Source of the DNA: an uncultured Bacilli bacterium
GTDB taxonomy: Bacteria > Bacillota_I > Bacilli_A > RF39 > UBA660
Direction: 5' to 3'
Assembly: GCA_934090735.1 (NCBI GenBank)
Contig: CAKOJR010000002.1
Location: 22,337-86,336 of the forward strand
DNA: 64,000 nucleotides
Shown piece by piece: positions 39,100 to 46,400 of this stretch. The position numbers were made by a program, and so were the translations under genes. The stretch's first letter is position 1. The number at the start of each line of letters is the position of its first letter. The notes under the pieces were generated by a model. It did no database searches. It had not been told where the DNA came from and worked only from the letters and a program-made list of their open reading frames with translations.

Positions 39100-40818
39100 T
39101 TATATTTTATCTGGAACATCTATTGCTAGGATGTCTAGTAGATATTTATTTGTTTCATAAACTAATTTTGTTAAAACTAGTAAGCTTTCTTTTGTTTCTG
39201 CATCTTTTTCAGTAAGAACTTCGCAGTTAGAGTATAGAGCATTAAATGAGCTTGTTAATCTGTATAAGTACTCACATATTTCATTTAATGAGCGTGATGC
39301 GAAAGACTTTTCTAAAGTGTTTCTTAAGTTTATGATATTCATAATAATATTTCTTTCATATGCACTAGATATTTTATGATATGTTTTGTAGTCTGTATCG
39401 CATTTATTTAGTAAGGACTTCATTCTTACTGTGCTATAAAGTAAGTATGTACCAGTTTTACCATTAATATCACTAAATTTTACAGGATCAAAGATATAGT
39501 CACTTGTTCTATTTGGAAGAAGGTCGGCATATTTGATTGCAGCAATTGCTAGATTGCAAGCAAGCTCGTCTTTATCTTCTTCTTTAATATTATCTTTAAT
39601 TACTTTTCTAGTTTCTTCTTTAACTAAATCAATTAGTTTTCTTAGTGGCATTACTCCGCCATCTCTGGTCTTAAATGGTTTTCCATCAGGGCCATTCATT
39701 GTTCCAAAACCAAACCATTCTAAGCTTACATCTTTTGGTACTAAGTTAGTTTTGTACGCTGCTCTAAAGGCTTGAACAAAGTGTAGTTCTTGACGAATAT
39801 CTGTTAGATAGAAATATTTTTGAGCATTAAATCTTTTAATTCTTGAGTAAAGAGTAGCTAGCTCTGTTGTATCATATAATACTCCACCATTACTTTTAAT
39901 AAGAATAACTGGTGGCATTTCTTTTTTATCAGTTTCTTCTTTAACATCAATTATAGTTGCTCCATCGCTAATCTCGGTGTAGTTTCCTTTTTTAAAGTAA
40001 TCTAGAAGTTCTGGAATGTACTCGTCAGCATCTTTCTCACCTTCATATAAATCGAATGTTGCATTAAGCATATGATAGATATCTTTGATGTCATCAATAG
40101 CTATACTTGTAAAGGCTTCATATAGTTCATAGATGCCTTTTTCTTTACTTTGAAGTTTTCTAGTATATTCACGTGCTTCTTCCATGTAAGCTTCATCCTC
40201 TTTAGCTTTAGAGCTTGCTAATGGATAGATGTCGTATAAGTCTTCTAAACTTACTGGGCTTTCTTTTGGATAGCTTTCTAAATTAGGATTAAAGAAGTCT
40301 AAATCTGGATATCTATGTTTAATTTCACAAATGATAAGTCCCATGGGTCTACCCCAGTCACCAAAGTGAACATCACTGATAGTTTTGTAACCTACTGCTT
40401 CACATAGTCTTTTTAGAGCTTCACCAATATTTGGACTACGTAGGTGTCCAGCGTGAAGTGCTTTTGCCACATTAGCTCCACCATAATCTAAGAAGATAGT
40501 TTCGTCAGTATCAATTTTATATGTATTTATATCAAAATTATTATTTACTTCATTCATGTAATTAACAAGGAATTCATCACTTAAAGTTAAGTTTACGAAG
40601 CCATTTGCATTTGTTACATTTTTAAAGTTTTTGTTGTCTTTTAGTTTTTCAACTATTTCGTCTGCAATCATTACTGGGCTTTTATGATATACCCGTGCTA
40701 GATTGAAAGCTCCATTAAACTGGTAATCGCCTAAATCTGGTCTATTACTTACAGTTACCTTAGCGTTTTCATATCCTAAATCACTAAGGATTTTTTCAAT
40801 CTCTAATATTATATTCAT
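39100..40818 (-). CDS. argS: arginine--tRNA ligase
   Basis: 572 aa class I aaRS with a HIGH-type motif (ANVAKALHAGHLRS), the anticodon-binding DALR-type C-terminus, and family-typical length. Confidence 0.9.
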   Translation of the reverse strand: MNIILEIEKILSDLGYENAKVTVSNRPDLGDYQFNGAFNLARVYHKSPVMIADEIVEKLKDNKNFKNVTNANGFVNLTLSDEFLVNYMNEVNNNFDINTYKIDTDETIFLDYGGANVAKALHAGHLRSPNIGEALKRLCEAVGYKTISDVHFGDWGRPMGLIICEIKHRYPDLDFFNPNLESYPKESPVSLEDLYDIYPLASSKAKEDEAYMEEAREYTRKLQSKEKGIYELYEAFTSIAIDDIKDIYHMLNATFDLYEGEKDADEYIPELLDYFKKGNYTEISDGATIIDVKEETDKKEMPPVILIKSNGGVLYDTTELATLYSRIKRFNAQKYFYLTDIRQELHFVQAFRAAYKTNLVPKDVSLEWFGFGTMNGPDGKPFKTRDGGVMPLRKLIDLVKEETRKVIKDNIKEEDKDELACNLAIAAIKYADLLPNRTSDYIFDPVKFSDINGKTGTYLLYSTVRMKSLLNKCDTDYKTYHKISSAYERNIIMNIINLRNTLEKSFASRSLNEICEYLYRLTSSFNALYSNCEVLTEKDAETKESLLVLTKLVYETNKYLLDILAIDVPDKI

Positions 40819-40936
40819 AAAAATCCCTTCCTTAAAGATATGATATCATACTTTTATTATAAAGCAAACCAAAAGTGTGTTTTTTTCTAGATTTTTCGCA
40901 GATTTTAAAAGTCTGGAAGCTAGGTAAATAAAGGGA

Positions 40937-40965
40937 TTGCAATGGTTTTATGAATGTACTATTAT
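40937..40965 (+). promoter_or_regulatory. sigma-A type promoter of candidate toxin mRNA
   Basis: TTGCAA-17 nt-TATTAT. Confidence 0.5.
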
Positions 40966-40973
40966 ACCTACTT

Positions 40974-40998
40974 GAAGAGTACTATGTTAGGCTTCTCC
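40974..40998 (+). repeat. left arm of 25-nt inverted repeat (5' UTR of toxin mRNA)
   Basis: GAAGAGTACTATGTTAGGCTTCTCC. Its reverse complement matches 41176-41188 (13/13) and 41199-41209 (11/11), split by a 10-nt insertion (41189-41198) in place of a single A. Confidence 0.8.
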
Positions 40999-41025
40999 CC
41001 TCTTAAAAAGAAGGGAGTGATGTAT

Positions 41026-41115
41026 ATGAAACAGTTAAAATCTATTTTAGATAAGTTAATGTCCATAATCATCCTTTTAATTATTTTAAAAGTTATAGTT
41101 ATAATTTTTAGATAA
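41026..41115 (+). CDS. 29-aa hydrophobic peptide, candidate type I toxin
   Basis: MKQLKSILDKLMSIIILLIILKVIVIIFR. The GAAGGGAG SD lies 8 nt upstream and can pair with the upstream CTCCCCTC (a possible SD-sequestering hairpin). Confidence 0.45.
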   Translation: MKQLKSILDKLMSIIILLIILKVIVIIFR

Positions 41116-41211
41116 AAAAAAGAAGCTACCTAACATTTTAATGCCTTGTTTAAGTAGCTTCATCAAGAAATACTTGGAGAAGCCTAACTTTCAGGGGTTA
41201 GTACTCTTCCT
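41114..41211 (-). ncRNA. candidate cis-antisense antitoxin sRNA (~100 nt)
   Basis: - strand promoter TTGTAT(41247-41242)-18 nt-TATAAT(41223-41218). - strand terminator GAAGCTAC..GTAGCTTC (41161-41122) plus T8 (41121-41114), which abuts the peptide stop codon. Confidence 0.4.
41176..41209 (+). repeat. right arm of inverted repeat (3' UTR of toxin mRNA / 5' end of antisense RNA)
   Basis: GGAGAAGCCTAAC-tttcaggggt-TAGTACTCTTC. Confidence 0.8.
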
Positions 41212-41259
41212 AAATTTATTATACTACAAAGTATTTATTTTATACAAGTACTTTTCTTT

Positions 41260-42138
41260 TTAGTCAATGTTTATAAGTTCATACTCTCTAGATCCTATGC
41301 CACGTTTTTCAGCTTCTTCTATAGTATGTAATCCGTTTCGGCTATTTACTCTTTCCATAAAGTGTTCTTTTCCTGGATCTTCTGAATTTCTTACTAAATC
41401 AATAGATGCTTCATCGATAGCAGCTGGATCTAAACTTGCTAGAATACCTATATCTTTTAAACAAGGGTCTTCAGCAACAGCACAGCAGTCACAGTCAACG
41501 CTCATGTTACATAGTACATTAATAAATGCCATGTTACCATTAAAATAATTTACAACACTTGATGCAGCATCAACCATTGATTCTAGAAATAAATTTTGTT
41601 CTGGAACATTATCCCATAGTTCTTCTTGTTTAGTTGTTTTGCCAGCAGTATGAATATAAGCTTTACCAGATGAAGAAGCCACACCGATTGATAATTGTTT
41701 TAAGGCTCCACCGTAGCCACCCATAGGATGACCTTTAAAGTGTGATAAAACAAGCATACTATCGTACTTTTCAATATCTTTACCTACATAATTTTTATGA
41801 ATTACTTTACCATTTGGTATGTTTAGTTCAGTGTCACTTTCAGCATCCATAATGTCAACGTCAAAATACTTATTCCATCCATGTTTTTCCATTAAAGCTT
41901 TATGTTTTTCTGTAGTGTTTCTTGCACCATTATATGCAGTATTGCATTCTACGACTGTCCCATGAACGTGATTAATTAATTCACGAACAAATTCTGGTTT
42001 TAAATAGTTTTGATTTCCGTCTTCTCCAGAATGAAGTTTAACTGCTACGTTACCTTTTAATTCTTTGCCTAACTCTTCGTAGATTTTAACTAAACTTTCT
42101 GGACTTAGGTTTTTTGTAAACAATACTTTTGATTTCAT
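41260..42138 (-). CDS. DUF362-domain protein (putative Fe-S binding)
   Basis: 292 aa. The N-terminal pattern LKGNVAVKLHSGE, the Cys cluster CNMSVDCDCCAV, and the overall length match my memory of DUF362 proteins. Confidence 0.55.
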   Translation of the reverse strand: MKSKVLFTKNLSPESLVKIYEELGKELKGNVAVKLHSGEDGNQNYLKPEFVRELINHVHGTVVECNTAYNGARNTTEKHKALMEKHGWNKYFDVDIMDAESDTELNIPNGKVIHKNYVGKDIEKYDSMLVLSHFKGHPMGGYGGALKQLSIGVASSSGKAYIHTAGKTTKQEELWDNVPEQNLFLESMVDAASSVVNYFNGNMAFINVLCNMSVDCDCCAVAEDPCLKDIGILASLDPAAIDEASIDLVRNSEDPGKEHFMERVNSRNGLHTIEEAEKRGIGSREYELINID

Positions 42139-42142
42139 ATAA

Positions 42143-43174
42143 TCACCTTTCTAATTTTTTTATTAATTTTTTTACCATTTTAGGATTTTTATAATTTGTT
42201 TTGTCTCTTTTTAAGTTTGTGATGTCTTCACCATAGGCTAGTCCAACACCTCGTTCAGCAGTAATGCCTACTGCACCATAATATAGGTAATATGTGTCAT
42301 CTAAATAGATCATACTTGATCGGTAAATACCACTATTGTCCCAGTTAAGCGTTCCTCTTTCTGGTTCTAATATTTTGATTGCATCTTTAAAGTCTGTTCC
42401 ATTTTCACTTATGGTATAGTATAGGTCCATTTTATTATGATGTTTCCATTTATCATAAGCTACGGTTATCATTTCATAACCTTTTTCCGTTTTGATAACA
42501 TCTAAATGCCATGTATCTAGCTTGGTAGGATATCCAAATTTTATTTTGCTTTTATCGGTCCACTTCATTCCATCCTTGCTTTCAGCATAGGTTATCGTGT
42601 TACATATGTTAACGTACCACATTTTGTATATTCCATTATCATAAATGATTGCAGGACTAACATAATCTTTTTTATGTCTGTTTTTAGAAAATAAAACTTT
42701 CTCCTTATCTGTCCATGTTATACCATCACTGGTCTCCCTTTTATAAATTGTAACACTACCAGTAACATCATCAACATAGCGCCAATAGCAAATTATAATA
42801 TCCTTATCTTTATTATACACTATATGAGCGTCAGAATTATATCTTTTTTTCTTATATTTATTTTTAACTTCATCTAGACTTTTATTCTGGCCTTTTGGAG
42901 CATACCAATTTATTAGGTCGTTAGATACTGCTATATGAGGATTTTCGTAGCCAGAATTACCTCCTGGGTAAGGGGTGTAACTCATCCAGTATTTATAACC
43001 GTTCCACTTTTTATCGAAAGTAATTACTTTTGGATGATATGCCTCATTATCTCCATAAGAACTAATTATTTCAAGTTTATATGTTCTTTTTTCATGGTCA
43101 AAAATTAGGCCATAGCCTAGTACTAATATTAGAATAATAATTATAATAATATAATATTTTACAAGCCTTCTCAT
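42143..43174 (-). CDS. membrane-anchored beta-propeller-like protein (possible glycoside-hydrolase-like fold)
   Basis: N-terminal TM, W/Y/D-rich repeats, and the motif YHPKV..WNGYKYWMSYTPYP..ENPHIAVSND..W. Translationally coupled to DUF362 (the SD overlaps the stop). Confidence 0.35.
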   Translation of the reverse strand: MRRLVKYYIIIIIILILVLGYGLIFDHEKRTYKLEIISSYGDNEAYHPKVITFDKKWNGYKYWMSYTPYPGGNSGYENPHIAVSNDLINWYAPKGQNKSLDEVKNKYKKKRYNSDAHIVYNKDKDIIICYWRYVDDVTGSVTIYKRETSDGITWTDKEKVLFSKNRHKKDYVSPAIIYDNGIYKMWYVNICNTITYAESKDGMKWTDKSKIKFGYPTKLDTWHLDVIKTEKGYEMITVAYDKWKHHNKMDLYYTISENGTDFKDAIKILEPERGTLNWDNSGIYRSSMIYLDDTYYLYYGAVGITAERGVGLAYGEDITNLKRDKTNYKNPKMVKKLIKKLER

Positions 43175-43222
43175 TTTTTCACCATGTTTTTCTTCGCTTA
43201 AGATTATAGCACATAAGATATT

Positions 43223-43250
43223 AAAACAAAAGCACTTCTCGAGTGCTTTT
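43223..43250 (-). terminator. rho-independent terminator ending the rSAM operon
   Basis: AAAAGCACT-cgaga-AGTGCTTTT hairpin followed by a T-rich run on the - strand. Confidence 0.65.
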
Positions 43251-43262
43251 TAATAATTATAT

Positions 43263-44273
43263 TTAATTATCTATTATCCATTCGTTAAGTGGTTCTATTT
43301 GCGTACCACAATATCCACATTTTCCTTTTGTAGCGTCTACTGATGCACCACAATTTTGACATTTAATGAAATTTATACCATTTTTTAGTTCAAAAATGTC
43401 CATGTTTACTCTTTTCATATTGTAAGTATCAACTTTATATTCAGATTTTATGTTTCCATTATTGTATCTTACTATTCTCACATATGCTTTTACTTCAACA
43501 TTTAATATGGAGTTATTATTGTTTTCAGTAAACTCGTCATAATCTAAGATATCATAGTCGATGATATCTTCCTGATTGTAGTATTTTTTTGCCACTTCGT
43601 AATTTAGATTATTAAAGAATTTCTTTTTATCAATTTTGGTTCTTTCCCAAAAGGCTTCTTGAACGGCTTTTTGATTATCTTTATATTTTTTTATTGGTCC
43701 TAATACTATGTAACCATCAATTACATAAAAGAAGTAGTATAGAATTGCAGATAAGATAAAACCATAAATAAAGATTTTAGAAATATCGTAGGCGTTAAAG
43801 GTTCTTGAAGTTGACCTTATAAAGCTTTCTGCTAATATTAAGCTGAATATTAAATCGATAATACCAGTTATAATACGGTATTTATTACTTCTTAGAATTC
43901 GGTCATAGTGGTACTTACTTCCTAAATCTTTTTCAGTGTAGTCTAAATTATAATATGTTCCACAGTATGGACAACCATCAATAAAATTTTGGAGATTAGC
44001 TTGCATACCACAGTTAGGACATGTATATGTTTTATCTTCATCTACTGTTATGAATGTGTATTCTATTCTTGAATCAAACTGGCTTTCTGTTTTTACTAGT
44101 TTATCCTTAATGTAATATTCTTTTTGACATCTAATTCCGTTTCTTATATTATCGTTGTGACTGTTATTAGTGTTTTTTTCTAAAATTTTATCGCCAACGA
44201 TGTATTTTGTTTTGATGTTTATGCCATACTTTTTTAATTTATTGTTTTGACTATTATCAGAAATTAAAGGCAT
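43263..44273 (-). CDS. membrane protein with two Cys4 zinc ribbons flanking two TM helices
   Basis: CPNCG..CPYCG and CQNCG..CGYCG, with TM helices at about residues 145-190. Its SD overlaps the stop of the upstream gene. Confidence 0.6.
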   Translation of the reverse strand: MPLISDNSQNNKLKKYGINIKTKYIVGDKILEKNTNNSHNDNIRNGIRCQKEYYIKDKLVKTESQFDSRIEYTFITVDEDKTYTCPNCGMQANLQNFIDGCPYCGTYYNLDYTEKDLGSKYHYDRILRSNKYRIITGIIDLIFSLILAESFIRSTSRTFNAYDISKIFIYGFILSAILYYFFYVIDGYIVLGPIKKYKDNQKAVQEAFWERTKIDKKKFFNNLNYEVAKKYYNQEDIIDYDILDYDEFTENNNNSILNVEVKAYVRIVRYNNGNIKSEYKVDTYNMKRVNMDIFELKNGINFIKCQNCGASVDATKGKCGYCGTQIEPLNEWIIDN

Positions 44274-44284
44274 AACTGCACTTC

Positions 44285-44659
44285 CTATCTATTATTATTG
44301 TTGTTATTGTTATTGTTATTATTATTTGATGATGAGCCCCCATGGTAACCGCCACCTCCAGAGCCTCTTACAACAGGATTATAATGAGGTATAACTGAAA
44401 AATAAGTATTAGTTAATTTAACCCCATCAATTGTGCTGTCGGTGCATATAGCAGGCATTATTTCTGGAGTTATTCCATCTTGATAATTTAATTTAAGTGT
44501 TAAGCCATTTTTGTTTCCAATAACAATTCCATTTTCATTGTTAGCAAGATAATTATATATTTTATTTAGATTTTCTTCTGATAGTTGATAATATTTCGTT
44601 AAATCGATGCATCTTTTATATCTTATTAACTCTTCATAGGTTTCTGGTTCTTTATTCAT
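44285..44659 (-). CDS. 124-aa soluble protein with Gly-rich/poly-Asn C-terminal tail (candidate rSAM substrate or partner)
   Basis: Ends ..NPVVRGSGGGGYHGGSSSNNNNNNNNNNNNR. Its ATG overlaps the rSAM TGA (ATGA at 44659-44656). Confidence 0.6.
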   Translation of the reverse strand: MNKEPETYEELIRYKRCIDLTKYYQLSEENLNKIYNYLANNENGIVIGNKNGLTLKLNYQDGITPEIMPAICTDSTIDGVKLTNTYFSVIPHYNPVVRGSGGGGYHGGSSSNNNNNNNNNNNNR

Positions 44660-46392
44660 TTTTTAAACTCCTTATCTAAATAGTAGAATTCTATATTTTG
44701 AAACGGTAGATTTATTGCTTCGATGTGATAATAAGCGTTATTTTTTTGCTTTAGGTAATGATAATCTCTTAGTGATGAAGTTGTGAAAAATATATTATTT
44801 GGGTTTTCTTCAGAATAGTATTTCTTATATTCTGCAAGCATATTTGTTAAGTTAATTACATAATAATCTTTTGAAACGTTATCATCTAATATACCCTTAT
44901 ATATTTGATTAGTTGCTAAGTGTCTTTGCTTGGTGCGTCCTTCATCTCCATAAGTAACTAGATTACCACTAAGAAGCATTATGTATAATGAGTTATTTTC
45001 TTGGTAGTCACAAACTTCTTCAATTAAATGTTTTTTCATCAGCAATTCTACTTTATTTTCTGGTGTTATATAAATTATCTCTCTAGATTTTTTAGTTATT
45101 TGAGATGCTAGTTTGTATTCTTTTTCATCAATTTTTAGAATGAAGCTGTCATTATCATATATATATTTAAGATTAGCATCTTTACTTATTATTTCTTCTA
45201 AAGATGGATAATCATTTTTGTTTCTAGTTGGAACATATTTGTCTTTATCATCAAGTCGCATATTTTTTACATATTCGTAAACAAATTCATCATTATATTC
45301 ATCTTTTTCATAACCACGGTCTTGATACATTTGTTGTTGTAGTTTGCAGGTGTAACTTTTATTTGTATGGTATGTATTTTTTACAAATGGACAACCAGTT
45401 TTGCATAAATAAAGGTATCCACATTTGGTACATTCGTCGTTAAGTGGTTCTTTATTGTGATTTAGAAAAATTTTATTCTTGGCAGTTGTTAAAATTTCTT
45501 CGACTGAATTATCATAGATATTGCCATAATAGTAGTCAGGATTTTTTTGGCCTCTTACGCAGGAATATATGTCACCATTTTTTTCAAGAAGGAAAAACTT
45601 CTCACCACAGTTATCACAGTTAGTGCAATATTCCGGGCCGAATTCGTCAAACCATGGTCCGTTTACGCCTTGATCTAGGTCTGTGCCATCAAACTCTTCA
45701 TGCATTTTTTTATAAAGCTCTAATTGTTCTTCTTCAGTAAGATGGTGTAGCATACCATTTGAATTATAATCAAAACCAATCATAAAATTAAAATCGTTCA
45801 TATCAAGACAAGTATTTTCATGTAAAAATTTTATATCTTTAATCATATCGTCAAGATGAGCAAAATGTTCTTTAAAAATTGTTGCAGATACTTTCTTTTT
45901 GTTAGGAATATCTTTTAATAATTCAATATTTTTTAATATTTTATCTAATGTTTTTTGATTTCCTTTTGTTACTCTATATTTGTCGTGAAGTATTAGGGGC
46001 AAATCTAAACTGCCTGATATAGATACATTAAACTCTTTTATTGTTTCTATGTGTTCTTCTAAGTTATACATGTTAGTTTTAATGTGAGGACTACTAATTT
46101 TAAATCCAGCATTAGTAATTATATCTTTATTTACATTGTAGTAGTTGTCTATATATTTAATTAATTCATGAAATTCATTTTTAGATAATGTTGTAACTTC
46201 TCCACCGTGTAAGGAAATATTAAAAGGAATTACGTTGCTTTCCCGAAATTTATCAATAGCAAATTTAAGAGTATTAAGTGAGTTTTTGTCTGTTTTTTCA
46301 TCTATCGTATTATCTTCTAAATAGCAATACTTGCATCCCATATTGCAGGCCATTGTTGGAACATATAGTAAATGTATAAATTTATAATTCAT
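44656..46392 (-). CDS. radical SAM enzyme with SPASM-like auxiliary Cys clusters and ~200-aa C-terminal extension
   Basis: CNMGCKYC (CX3CX2C) at residues 16-23. Later clusters are CTNCDNCG..YSC and CTKCGYLYLCKTGCPF. 578 aa. Confidence 0.8.
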   Translation of the reverse strand: MNYKFIHLLYVPTMACNMGCKYCYLEDNTIDEKTDKNSLNTLKFAIDKFRESNVIPFNISLHGGEVTTLSKNEFHELIKYIDNYYNVNKDIITNAGFKISSPHIKTNMYNLEEHIETIKEFNVSISGSLDLPLILHDKYRVTKGNQKTLDKILKNIELLKDIPNKKKVSATIFKEHFAHLDDMIKDIKFLHENTCLDMNDFNFMIGFDYNSNGMLHHLTEEEQLELYKKMHEEFDGTDLDQGVNGPWFDEFGPEYCTNCDNCGEKFFLLEKNGDIYSCVRGQKNPDYYYGNIYDNSVEEILTTAKNKIFLNHNKEPLNDECTKCGYLYLCKTGCPFVKNTYHTNKSYTCKLQQQMYQDRGYEKDEYNDEFVYEYVKNMRLDDKDKYVPTRNKNDYPSLEEIISKDANLKYIYDNDSFILKIDEKEYKLASQITKKSREIIYITPENKVELLMKKHLIEEVCDYQENNSLYIMLLSGNLVTYGDEGRTKQRHLATNQIYKGILDDNVSKDYYVINLTNMLAEYKKYYSEENPNNIFFTTSSLRDYHYLKQKNNAYYHIEAINLPFQNIEFYYLDKEFKK

Positions 46393-46400
46393 GTTGCACC

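Noticed and set aside
39027-39215. 62-aa + ORF spanning the end of the YjcZ-like gene and the argS 3' end
   Set aside because: It overlaps two better-supported genes out of frame or antisense, and it has no SD.
40819-40936. T-box or other leader upstream of argS
   Set aside because: There is no GGTGGTACCGCG-like core and no terminator/antiterminator pair on the - strand. The structured elements in this gap belong to the + strand small-ORF locus.
41122-41161. Hairpin GAAGCTAC..GTAGCTTC as terminator of the + strand peptide mRNA
   Set aside because: On the + strand it is preceded by an A-run, not followed by a T-run. It is canonical only for the - strand, so I assign it to the antisense RNA. 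A weak AAAGTA..TACTTT+T-rich element at 41228-41260 may end the + transcript.
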